The position numbers and the translations under genes are program-made. Below the pieces are notes generated by a model. That model saw only the letters and a program-made list of their open reading frames with translations. It was not told the origin of the DNA and made no database searches. 54,533 nt of DNA from Octopus bimaculoides (Eukaryota), in contig NC_068999.1 of assembly GCF_001194135.2 (NCBI RefSeq), positions 11,277,305-11,331,837 of the forward strand. Reading direction: 5' to 3'. Below, in pieces: positions 12,392 through 24,833 of the stretch (its first letter is position 1; the number at the start of each line of letters is the position of its first letter).

Positions 12392-13084
12392 TACAAGAAC
12401 AAACGATGTACCTCTTAGGGAATCTATTTCAATTCAATTTTTGGGAAAAAATTAATTACTGGAATAATTAAACAATTTATTTATTAAATTTTCTCATTAA
12501 CATCCTTTTATCTCTAGAGGGACTAATTTCATTTGAACTAATTCCATAAAGCTTTGTGAAATATTTCGTAGATGTTCTTCCATGAAATTAGACATTTGGG
12601 GCGTTTTAATGGCCCATTTGAATTAGAATCAAAGGAATAACTTCGTATGACGCTTAAGAATTACTCAGAATTAGTTTACCTATATTTCCAGCGCTAATTA
12701 ACTGTAGATAAAACAAACAATGGAAAAGGAAACATATATTTCTTTGGAGCTCCCGTCTGTGTTCGTAAGCCGCCACACACGCCCAGATCGTCCTCGTGTT
12801 AAGCCTTCTCGCTGCACGATGCCCGCAGACGCGATCCAACGCCACCATGATGCCGCCAGATTCTGTCACAAACGCTGCTTGGATTTCACAATTGCACTCC
12901 AGTTAACTGGGTTGCAGCCCTTGTACTAGGGACTCGAAGTCCCCTACGGCATAGCATTGACGGTCACCCGTCGAACCTTCTCACAGTAATGAAGTCAAAT
13001 GTTGGACTTTGCGGAAGGTAATATATTGATGTTGATGAATAGCTAAATGAAGGGATTCTCATTCATAGATATCGATTTTGTTGA

Positions 13085-13946
13085 AACTCAATCCATGACG
13101 GTTTTCAAGGTAGCCTAGGAAATGAATGAAAAGGATTTCACTTTGTGCTTATTCTTAGTGAAAATTTTGAAGAGTGCAGTTCGATTTTAGTCGTTATTTT
13201 ATCAAAGTTATAACGGAAGCAATAAAGGAGCATATTCTGCATATTTTGCTTTATGTTTTCAATAAAGGCAACAACAGAACGGAAAGTGCGAGGAATATTA
13301 ATGCAGGATATGAAGTTCGGACAATAAGCGTAAGCCAGTGTCAACGGTGGTTCCAGAAATTCCGAGCTGGAAACTACAGCTTAGAAGACGGGCCTCATAC
13401 TGGAAGATCTCCAGAACTCGACAGGGACGTCTTGCACACCCTGTTGGAACAATATCCCATCGTAATTACTGAGGAACTAGCAGAGAAGCTTGGTTTTGGA
13501 CAATCAACATTACATCGACGGCAGCGCTTGAAGTAAAATGGCCTTCTTTGGTTTCAAGACGAAAGGTGTTCTTTGATCAGGATAAGGGTCAGCCACATAC
13601 AACAAGAATGACATTCCAAAGGCTGGAGCATTTTGAATAAGAAACGATTCCCCACCCAGAATATTCACCAGACATTGTTCCCATCTGATTATCATTTATT
13701 CCTCAGTCTTCAAAATCATTTGGACAGGAGGAATATGAATTCTGTAGACGAGGTCAGAACGGTACTGGTGGAATACTTTTCGTCACGGACAAGTGAAATT
13801 TGGAGGAGGGGCTTTGCAAGTTTACCAGACAGATGGAAGAGCATTGTAGAAAATGAAAGAGGATACATTTTAGATTAAAAAAGGTTTTGTTTATCATAAT
13901 TATGAAAAATGAAAGTATAAAAAACCAGCATTATTTATGAGATGAC

Positions 13947-13952
<6 letters not shown>
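13085..13952 (+). mobile_element. Mariner (Tc1/mariner, DD34D-type) transposon, internally deleted
   Basis: N-terminus (T)EAIKEHILHILLYVFNKGNN..SVSQCQRWFQKFRAGNYSLEDGPHTGRS.. (paired HTH; ATG mutated to ACG at 13213). C-terminus ..HPEYSPDI.PSDYHLFLSLQNHL..RWKSIVENERGYILD* at 13878. Right TIR-like end accagcattatttatgagatgacccaa followed by TA. The left TIR is degraded. Confidence 0.93.
13213..13878 (+). pseudogene. Mariner transposase pseudogene; WVPH linker and N-terminal half of the catalytic domain deleted near 13520
   Basis: STLHR joins directly to ALEVKWPSLVSRRKV-like sequence. The YSPDxAPSDYHLF-like motif is retained but frameshifted. Confidence 0.9.
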
Positions 13953-13992
<40 letters not shown>

Positions 13993-14039
13993 GAGCAACA
14001 GGGATAAAGGTGGGGAGGCGGTAAGAGAAAGACAGCTAT

Positions 14040-14145
14040 ATGGCAGAAACTTAAGTGTGTTGGGTAGAATGCAAGCAGACGACATTCGTTCTGGTTTTTA
14101 CGTTCTGGTTTTTACGTTCTGAATTTGAATAATAGCAAGGTCAAA
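14040..14145 (+). mobile_element. Degenerate SINE A head with a 14-bp internal duplication (cgttctggttttta x2, 14087-14114)
   Basis: tggcagaaac..cgttctgaatttgaat..aaggtcaa. Confidence 0.55.
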
Positions 14146-15409
14146 CGATATAAACAGAAATCTTTCTCTGTATATAAGTGCATCTCTCTTTTCATATCGC
14201 TGTCTGCACATGCGTGAGTTTTTATTGTTTCTCCTTGTTTGTGAGCGTGTGTATCTAAGTTTGCTTATATTTATGCGCACATGTGCATATGAATATATGT
14301 GCGTGCGTGCATATGTATATCTATATATAATTTTGTACGGGTGTATCTGTTCGTTTGTGCGCATACAAGTGTGAGTGTGCGTGGGTTTTTGCGTTTGTCT
14401 GTGTGTTTGTTTGTGTGCATATGTGTTCAAGGGCCCAGAGATGTGTACACATGTGTCTCTTTCAAATCTCTCTCGGTACGTTATTCTCTAACCAAATATT
14501 AATTCTATTTCTATATTTAGTGTTCAACTACAGAGGTTGATTCCAGGGTGGCGGGTGACGTGACAAATAAATATAAACAGGTGTGAATTTCGTACGAAAT
14601 GCACTCGCTCTCACATTATCTCTCGCGCCGGACCTGATGTGTTTGTTGTAGTTACTCCGTATGTTGATTTAGTTATTGTAATAGATGTGTGATGTGCGGT
14701 GATATATATATANNNNNNNNNNNNNNNNNNNNNNNNNNNNNNNNNNNNNNNNNNNNNNNNNNNNNNNNNNNNNNNNNNNNNNNNNNNNNNNNNNNNNNNN
14801 NNNNNNNNNNNNNNNNNNNNNNNNNNNNNNNNNNNNNNNNNNNNNNNNNNNNNNNNNNNNNNNNNNNNNNNNNNNNNNNNNNNNNNNNNNNNNNNNNNNN
14901 NNNNNNNNNNNNNNNNNNNNNNNNNNNNNNNNNNNNNNNNNNNNNNNNNNNNNNNNNNNNNNNNNNNNNNNNNNNNNNNNNNNNNNNNNNNNNNNNNNNN
15001 NNNNNNNNNNNNNNNNNNNNNNNNNNNNNNNNNNNNNNNNNNNNNNNNTATATATATATATATGGTGTGTATGTAGTGACTTTGTGTTTGTGTGTGTGTA
15101 TGTGTGAGAGTGTATGTGTGCGTGTGTGTGTGTGTCTGTGTGTGAAGGAGAGAGAGAGTATTGTTTGCGTGTTTTATTTTGATTGTGCTTTTCATTCATC
15201 CGCACAATATTCGCTTGATTGATTTTTACAGTTGTAGATTTGTTCATCGGATTAACATCTTTGTTTGTTCAGGTTCATTCCGCCATTTTTGTCTTTGTTG
15301 ATGTTGTTGTCATTGTCGCCGTCATTATTTCTTGTTGCTCTTCTTTTTTTCCTTTTTTTTTCTCTCTTTGACTTCTAGTTTGGTTCTTTGGTGCAGTTGT
15401 TGAATATAC

Positions 15410-15461
<52 letters not shown>

Positions 15462-17253
15462 GTTACTGTTGCTTGTGATAGCGTAGCTATTTTGGTTTCT
15501 AGCACTCGGTATTTTTGAATCTGATCATGATCCATTTCCCGGGATCGATAACTATTTTCCAGCAAACTAGTGAAGTTTGCTTTCGAATGGGTGCAGTCCT
15601 ACAGCTTCTACCAATACTACACGCACACACACAGGCACAGATACAAAAACGCGCGCTCACACGACGAAGGGTACTTTGGCCATGCATCTGGTCTAAAAAT
15701 GTCGGCCTCTACAAGATAGCTCGACTTGCTGTGGTTAGTAGTCAAGCGTCTGAATATTTAGATATCTTCATAAATGATATGTTGAATTATCTAGTATGCA
15801 ATAGTTTAAACGTTCAACACGGATTATGTATGCAAATTGCTTAGAAGTAAATATAGATGACTTTGTTCTTCCTTCATTCCAGATAAATTGGAAGAAAAAT
15901 AAATTTTATTTCTATAAACAGAGCATAGAGTTTAAAATTTTATGACGACGTATTATTTCTAAGAACGGTAGTTTTGAGGAACGGTTAGAGTTGTCAGACG
16001 TAATTTCTTGTAACATTTGTTCCAGCTTTTTTAATATTTTGTGTTCAAATCATACTGGGGTCAATTTTATTTTATTTTCATTCCGAAAGGGTCAAGAAAT
16101 TTTATAGCAATGAAGAAGTGTGTTTCATTTTCGCGACTAGAACTTATTGCACTAATTTCTAGCTTTCTGTTTACGTTAGGGACAATATTTAATTGTAGAT
16201 GTTGGGTATCAACATTTAAAAAAAATAGGAGAAGATTTCTTTGGATTTCGTCCTTAACTAAATTGGTGAAAAACATTTTCGGTCGAATATAGATGTCGAT
16301 AAAAATGGATACCCACCGCGAAACATGAGGGCATCTTCCTATGCAAGAAAACAAGATTAAAGACACTGTTTCTCCCTCATCTCCTTCAGAATGTATTGGA
16401 TGAAATTTTTTAAGGAGCTGTAGCACGAACCAACGTTTTTGCTACCAATGTACAAGGCCAACTCCAACATAAATGCACATTTACACACAGACACAGACAC
16501 AATCACACACACATACACAAATACATATATACATGTATATACATGTGCACATACAAACAGATACACATATACACACATATGCTGGGGGAGAGAGTGGAAG
16601 TCAGAGAGAGGGAAAGGTATATATATATATATATATATNNNNNNNNNNNNNNNAGAGAGAGAGAGAGAGAGAAATCAGCCGTACTCCAGGATTGTTAATT
16701 TGTTTCCTTGTCTTTCATAAACACTCACAAGTTCAAAAGAAAAGTAGGCCTCAGAATGATTAGAACTCAGGGCCAATAAGTCAAGCTCTTCTTTCCAGTG
16801 CTCCTCTGAATTTCAAATTATCATAAACGGTATAGGTTATCCTCTAAAATATTTGCTACTTCTGCTAAGCTGATTATAAAGCTTGCCGAAAAATCCTGAT
16901 TTTCTTTAGACTCGTTTAACCGTCAAGAGCCAGATTAAGGTACGTTAATATATTTATATATGAGATTTATCTGTCTCATATGCTGCGATTAAGCACAAAC
17001 TACAAATAGAATCTATACACCAGGTGGGACAAAACACTGAAAATAACAGGTCTCATGTTTAAGATTCTTTTATAAACAGCTGCTTTGTTTGATTGCAAAA
17101 AGTGGAAACAGTGAATAATCATATACTTCTACGATATAGTGCTTAATTTTATGTTTTAGCAAATGAAAAGTTTGTTGATTATAATGGCAGTGTGTGCTAT
17201 ATATAAGTGGTACGTGTTTTTATTTATATATTTTTTACATTATGTTCGTGCTT

Positions 17254-17291
<38 letters not shown>

Positions 17292-17344
17292 ACCCACGCA
17301 CACACACACACACACACATACACTCATGTATTATATATGTGTGA

Positions 17345-17385
<41 letters not shown>

Positions 17386-17424
17386 TATAAATGTATGTAT
17401 GTATTTATATATATAATGTTTACT

Positions 17425-17458
17425 ATTTTACTTGTTTCAGTCATTTGACTGAGGCCAA
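17425..17458 (-). mobile_element. SINE family B tail fragment
   Basis: tttacttgtttcagtcatttgactgaggcca is the reverse complement of the family B tail. Confidence 0.7.
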
Positions 17459-17755
17459 CATTGTAGATGAACCGATCTACTTTTGAGCAGCTGGGGAGAG
17501 GTGCTACCATTCCATGGATTGTTTCCTTTACTTTGGCTCAATCTAATGTAACAACACTCATCTTGGGCTAGGAAACTTTCAAGAAAATTAGCTGCATATG
17601 CCTGTAAAGATGTCAGATTTTCGCATGACGCGATTAACCTGCTCTGCTTTTGAACAAGTGTGAAAAGGCGAAGCACCCACTGAATAGAAACCTTCTTCAT
17701 GCCACATGGGGAACACGATCAATGCTTTCCTCGGTGGTGGCATTTGCAGGACGTC

Positions 17756-17796
<41 letters not shown>

Positions 17797-19024
17797 CGCA
17801 TATATATTGTTGTGTTTGGGGAGTGCCATTCTCTTTTAGTGCGTTGTTATTTCACGTGCTCACAGGTCAAATTTCTACTCATTTACTTATTTTCCTAAAG
17901 TTTTCGTTGCTCCTTGCAACCTTTTCAATAGTCGTTGAAGACAAACTCCACAAAATATGTTTCAACACATGAACTCACATAAAGAATGTAGCAAACCAAA
18001 TTTTAAAAAAAACGATATAAATATATATATTTATGTATGTATGTATGTATGTATGTATGTATGTATGTATGTATGTATGTACACACACACATACGTGCAC
18101 TTACCTATAGTTAAATAATGTCTTGGAAAATAAAAGAGACATATAATAAAAGCTCAAATATAAGCACATGCTTAGTAACGTTCAACGAATAACTTTGCAT
18201 CATATATTTAACAACTAAAAGCATAAGAACCGCAAAAGCAGAAACCAATAATTGCTTCCATCATAGACGCAAGACAAAATCTTCGATGGGATCTATAAAA
18301 GGAAGAGGCTGATACATTATAGAACCAGTAATTCACTGTAGGTTCATTGTATCGTCTGCAGAAAATTAAACGTGAATAAATTTCGAGAGATTCTTTCGTA
18401 CATTCGAAAATATCTCCAGCATATTTTACCGATCCTTTTCCTGAGATTGCACGACTATTGGCAATGAATCAGTGCCGGAGCCATTATTTTTCAGGAAAGT
18501 AAATTTTAGATTCTTCAATAGCAATAAGATATTCTCTGATCTTAATTTTTATTTCTTCGTCTTGGGTCATTTTTATGGCTGACATACGTGAAAGTCACTA
18601 TGAATGAATAAAGTATTCCACATTCTAATAATCATTAGTTGACACTGAGACATAATTGGAAACATTAAGTACATCGAGTAGGGTGTAGATATATTTCGAG
18701 AGTCTAAGCTATATAAATATATATATAAATCATAGAGGCTCTCTGTAATTGAAGATATAGCTTTTAATTCCTTATACTGCTTTGTTTATACTGTCACATT
18801 TTAATTCAAGCTGTCACAGGTTTATATTATGTCTAATATCGGCATTGAGTATCTGCAATTAAGGATACACACTCGCAGTTCTGCAGGGAGTGTACAAAAC
18901 CGAAATAATCTGTTTTCAGTAGACTTCTAGAAATGCTTATTATTTTACACAAAGACATAACGTGTGACTCTTTGTAAGAGAAGCAGAATACAGCATCTTT
19001 CTAATAATAGGCTTATATTTATCA

Positions 19025-19125
19025 TTTCTTTTGCTCGTTTCAAGCATTAGATTGCGGCCATATAGGAGTACCACCTAGGAGAACTTCAGGCAAGCGCATC
19101 GGCACCAGTAATTATTTTATTTCTT
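19025..19125 (-). mobile_element. Degenerate SINE family B tail
   Basis: ctcgtttcaagcattagattgcggccatataggagtaccacc. Confidence 0.55.
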
Positions 19126-19145
19126 GTATACTGTAAGTATATTAA

Positions 19146-19468
19146 GGAGTACTCCATCATTTACGATGACAAGGGTCCCAGCTGATACGATCAACGGAAC
19201 AGCTTGCTCGTGAAATTAACGTGAAAGTGGCTGAGCAATACACAGACATGTGTACCCCTAACGTAGTCCGCAGGAAGATTCAGCGTGACACAGAGTGTGA
19301 CAAGGCTGGCCCTTTGAAATACAGGTACACCTCATATTTGATGGCTGAGTGGTCTGGAGCAACGTGAAAAAAAGGTCTTGCTCATGGACACAACGCGTCG
19401 ACGTGAACTGAACTCACGACCTTGCAATCGTGAGTGGAATGCCCTAACCACTAAACCACGCGCCTTCG
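19146..19468 (-). mobile_element. tRNA-derived SINE family C, full length
   Basis: Reverse-complement head ggcgcgtggtttagtggttagggc..gagttcagttc has A- and B-box-like motifs. Central block gttgtgtccatgagcaagac..cacgttgctccagaccactcagc. Second copy at 24380-24632. Confidence 0.88.
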
Positions 19469-19974
19469 CGTGAGTATATTATATTAGATGGAACGTGACT
19501 GTACATGGCACAGTAAGGCGACTATAAATCTCTGTGAAGACATTAGGATGTAGGGGCGAAGAGGGATTTATAATGACCCACATTAGTCTTCACAATGATA
19601 TCCAAGGGTAAAATGTCAAGCGATCTCCAAATTGGGCTGGTCAGTTGTACACCATTCTCAGTACTCACAAAATCTGGTACCCTCCGACATTTGGCATATT
19701 CGGTTGCAGGAACGAAAGTCACCGAGGACAACAGAGTGACAGGGGCAGTAATGAAATGATAGCGAAAATAGATAGTAAAGGGAGTTCTACCTGGACGATA
19801 ACCTTTTTAGAGTCGCCGAAAGGCGTTCATAGTATATTTGACCTCAGTTGAAATTAGATTGCAGACAACATAAATAATACCGAAATAATATCCAGTGCCT
19901 GAATCCTTCTACGAGTACCTCTACTTGAGGATATTATAGAAAAATCTAAACGTGTATGGCAAGGGTTAATATCG

Positions 19975-20404
19975 ACTTATGTACACAAGCCTTACAGGAG
20001 ATATTATAGGTTTATGTAAACAAATTTGACCGAGTTACTATAAACGTATAGAAACAGGACTAACACGGGTTATTTTAGGTTTAAATAAACAAAGTTGACT
20101 TCATATTCTATGGGTTTATATAAACAATATGGGTCCTGAGGTTACTGAATATTTATGCGAACAGGACTCACAAGGCCTTCTATAGATTTATGTAAAAATA
20201 TCTTACGGTGGTTCCTAAGGTTTATATAAAGAGCGGGATGCGTTGACAATACGTTTATATAAACAAGGATGATCTGAGGTTAGGGTAGATTTATATACAA
20301 AAAGATGCCCTAAGGTTACTAAATATTTAAGTAAACGGACCTGCCATGGTGGTTATAGTATGCTTACGGAAATAGACCTGCAGTTTCTATAGGCGTATTC
20401 AAAC
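19975..20404. repeat. Degenerate ~35-bp tandem array (13 units) with palindromic GTTTATATAAAC core
   Basis: Core starts read at 19975, 20010, 20044, 20079, 20114, 20151, 20186, 20220, 20253, 20289, 20325, 20362 and 20393. Perfect cores at 20114 and 20253. Confidence 0.8.
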
Positions 20405-21092
20405 ACTATCTCAAATAATTTCACTCTAAATACTTTGTAAAATAAATACGACTTGCTGGATATCTTGCTCATCCGATATTTATGAAAATCAAAACATTAG
20501 ACAAAGAGTCATTTGATCCAAATAAGAAGCTTGTAGATGATGGCTTGACACGCAAGAATTAGCAGCCAAATATTTTTCAAAGGACACTATTAGTCATAGA
20601 AAAGGAAAGTTATTCCATTCTGAATAATATTATTTTTAACAAATTATATGTAAATGAACAACTAGGAGAGTAAAGCTTTTTATTTTATTTTGAGATGCTC
20701 CTAGTTTAAATTTTAACGACACAATGAAGAAGTCCATATTACACCAACATGCACGTATAAGATTATAATTTTATGGTTCTAATAATCACTAATTTAAGAG
20801 GAAATTATTTAAAAAAAACATCCTCTACTTGAATAGAATATTGCTACGATGATGTAACGGAATGAAAAAAAAAGGGAAAAAACTTATAAATACCGAACAG
20901 ACCACATCATTTTTTCTTGTTTTATGTTTATCCGTTTCTATCTTTATCATAAGTACTGAGCGTCCGAGTTTAAATTGGGGTTTCTCCATATTTATTCCCC
21001 CCACATTTTTTCGTTTACTTATGTAAATGTACGCTTGTAACCGGACCTACATGGTCTAGGTATAAATTCTTAATTCAAGTTATATTATAAGT

Positions 21093-21475
21093 TTTATTCT
21101 TTTACTTGCTTCAGTCAACTGACTGCGACCATGCTTGAGCAGCGCCTTTTGTCGAACAAATCGACCTCAGGGCTTATTCTTTGCAAGCTTAGTACTAATT
21201 CTATCGGTCTCTTTTGCGGAATTGCTAAGTTACGAGGACGTAAACGCACCAACATTTGCTGTCAAGAAATGGTGGTGAGGGGGACACAAACACATACACA
21301 AACACACATATATACGACGTTCTTCTTTCAGTTTCTGTCTACCGAATCCACTCACAAGACGTTGGTCGGCCCGAGACTACAGTAGAAGACACTTGCCCAA
21401 TGTCCCACGTAGAGGGACTGAACACGCAAATTGTGGTTAGCAAGCAAACTTCTTATCAGAGACCCACGCTGCGCC
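21093..21475 (-). mobile_element. SINE family B, full length
   Basis: Complete head, short internal CA/TA spacer (21284-21318), and tail ggcgctgctcaagcatggtcgcagtcagttgactgaagcaagtaaaag on the minus strand. Confidence 0.92.
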
Positions 21476-22490
21476 TGCGTAGTGAAGTTTTTAAAAGACG
21501 ACTGATTAAAGTGATTGCGAAGTTTTTGAAATCTTGGCCTTCAAAGCATAAACCAGAACATGCAGTTCACAATGGAACACACACAATATCAATTATACAC
21601 CCTGGACATTTTAATAATAAAGAATGTGGCATATATATTGAAACTAACATACGAACAAGATACTAACAACTGAATACTAACAATACCTAAGCAATAAGTA
21701 GTACTTATCTTTTGTCACATATATATTTTTTCTCTGCTGTGGTAACATTCATAAGAACGATATCGATTCTAAACTATAGAAAAAAAGTTGTTGGAATACG
21801 GCATGTTCTGATAACACGTCTCCGGGTAATTTAGCTCTATATTAAAGGTATACGTACGGAAAAAGATGATACAAATCAAATGTGTTCTCTGTATCAACGT
21901 TTGTTTACTGTTCGTTATGATTATTTTCCTGCGTTTGCTTCTGATTTATTCATTGATTTCCTTTGCTTTCTTTACATCAAATATTTATATAATCTTTTTA
22001 AGTTGGTTTTGTTTATGTTCATTGTCAGTTTTCGTTAAAATATTGCATTAAGTATTAAAGACACTGCACTTATGTATAGTTTGCCCTTAGTCAACTTTCA
22101 GATATATTTAAAATCGATTTAATATCCGACCACTTTATGTTATATAATATGTATGTGAGAAGTGTGTATATGTGTGTGTGTGTGTATGTGTATGTACACG
22201 TCTATGTATGTATATATATTGACCTATATTATAATTGGTGCTGTGTGTCAACGACTCTGCGTGTTTCGTTTCACACTTCTTACAATCAATATACACTTCA
22301 TTTATAAGACACCGTGGTAGCTAGGAGATTTACATGCGAGAATTATATTTTGAGTTTAAGTTTGTTATTAGAAAAACAGCAGTTAAACACTGAACGCTAT
22401 GACAATAATTGTGTTTATATGTCATTCATATGCATATATATAGATATAGATATACATGTATATATATATATGTGTATATATGTATGTATG

Positions 22491-22522
<32 letters not shown>

Positions 22523-23106
22523 NNNNNNNNNNNNNNNNNNNNNNNNNNNNNNNNNNNNNNNNNNNNNNNNNNNNNNNNNNNNNNNNNNNNNNNNNNNNNN
22601 NNNNNNNNNNNNNNNNNNNNNNNNNNNNNNNNNNNNNNNNNNNNNNNNNNNNNNNNNNNNNNNNNNNNNNNNNNNNNNNNNNNNNNNNNNNNNNNNNNNT
22701 ATATATGTATATATATATATATATGTATATATATATGTTTATATGAAGATGATTTTGTGTGTATGTGTGTGTGTATGGATTCGAAAACTGAGTTGCCAAT
22801 TTTGATGTATGAGTTATCAAAAGATGCAGTAATCTTTCGGCTACTATATACACTTTATTTTCATTTACATATTTGCATTACAACAATTAAACATTATAAT
22901 CTTTGTTTAAGTCAGCTAACCCAAATGATGTTTTATACCACCACTACTAACACCACAACGTCACATTTTCTATACGTTTCTGTATGTGCCTGTCAGTGTG
23001 TGTGTTTGCGCGTTTGTTACGTACGTCAGGCCGATGAGTGAGAAGTATATGAGTGTGATGTTGTATGTGTATATTTACATTTTCTGACGACTGACACACG
23101 AACACA

Positions 23107-23176
<70 letters not shown>

Positions 23177-23260
23177 TATACACATCTAAAGACATAGACA
23201 GGCACACACAGGGATAGAGATAGATCTGAGATTGGCGTGAATGTGTGTATCCAACTTTCT

Positions 23261-24034
23261 CTTAGGGATCTTCTGGATAAAGTATTTCCTAATTTATCTG
23301 TCAATTACACTAAACTGGCTATATATAACAGTTATACTAGCTCCAACAAATGAAATGTTTGATAAACTCTATCATGAACTTCTTCTAAAGTTAACAGATA
23401 CATCATAAATGACTTTCAGATCAATTACCAACACTCGATCAGGATGAGATTGTTCAATATCCTGTTGAATTTCTGAACACATTTAAACCCATTGGTTACC
23501 CCAATTATGTTGCTTAGGAGTCTTGACCTATCTCCCCTGTAATAGAAATCGCTTAACTGTTACTTTCATCAAGCCCAGTGTCTTATAGGCAACATTCATA
23601 ACAGGTAGTCACAAATAAGAAAATATCTTCATTCCCCAAATTCCTCTCATACCTAAATATGTTCCATTTGAAATTAAGATGCTTCAGTTTCCAGTCAAAC
23701 TAAATTTTGGTATTTCAATTAACAAATCTTAGGATCAATCTCTCAAGGTAGTTTCACTCGATCTCTCTACTACATGCTTCTCTATGTTGCTTGCTCGCAA
23801 GTTGAAAGCAGGAACAATTTATTCATTTCGACACCAGCAAAAATTACACAATGAATATCATTTACCCTGAGGTCCTTCAGCATAGACAGATTTTCAGTTC
23901 GAAATCCCATCATCATTAAAATGTGGATATGTTTTAATAAAATATAGATATTTTCAAATATTTATCAGAATCTATCTTCATATTTATTGTTTACAACCTG
24001 AATAAGACCAACAGTAACTCGGGAAACGCCGGGT
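23261..24034 (+). mobile_element. Helitron 3' end: decayed PIF1-like helicase C-terminus plus subterminal hairpin
   Basis: Peptides LLDKVFPNL, ILAPTNE, DQDEIVQYPVEFLNT, FIPQIPLIP..PFEIKMLQFPVKLNFGISINKS*DQSLKVV.LDL..CFS, LYVACSQV and NIIYPEVL match the Helitron helicase end. Hairpin actcgg-gaaacg-ccgggt at 24017-24034. Confidence 0.92.
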
Positions 24035-24103
<69 letters not shown>

Positions 24104-24379
24104 TTGGAGAAGGATGCGTGGCGTTTGATCATATAATAATATAAATATATAGATATATGCATATATCCATACATATAAGTACATACCTGCATTTATGTGT
24201 ATACATACATGCATATATAGGTGCAGGACATCAAAGAAAAAACGTTAAACACAATGAGAAATGAAAAGCGAAAACAGAAAACGAAAATTTTTCGAACAAC
24301 GAAAAAAAAAGCAAACAGAGAAACGGGACATGCTACATAAAGAGTATATCTCTTCGTCAGTTGTCCCTCTCCATCTACT

Positions 24380-24632
24380 CCGCGTTTTGGAAGGCAAGGA
24401 CAATATGCGGCTTCGTTGCTCCAGTACATTCACCTGGCCAGAATGAGTAGTGAATGCATTTCAAAGGGCCAGTCTTGTCATATTCTGTGTCACATCGAAT
24501 CTCTCTGGGAACTCCTTTAAGTAAATACGGGTCTGTAGAGTGCTCAGTCACATATACATTAATTTCGCGAGCTGGCCCATCCTTCAATGGGATCGACTGG
24601 AACCCTCGTCGTGGTAAACGACGGAGAGCCAG
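24380..24632 (+). mobile_element. SINE family C, head truncated
   Basis: cgttgctccagtacattcacctggcc..atttcaaagggccagtcttgtca..ggaaccctcgtcgtggtaaacgacggag; matches the reverse complement of 19146-19400. Confidence 0.88.
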
Positions 24633-24678
24633 TGCGTGCTCAGTTTAGATATTAACTACCCACTTTTGTAATTTTTGC

Positions 24679-24712
<34 letters not shown>

Positions 24713-24786
24713 GCTCATTTATATATACATGCACACTATCTACACCGACATTACCATACCCACACACATATGCATACATAAATACA

Positions 24787-24833
<47 letters not shown>

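Noticed and set aside
19975-20404. CRISPR array call
   Set aside because: Eukaryotic context, 12-bp degenerate repeat, paralogous linkers and no cas genes; kept as a minisatellite finding.
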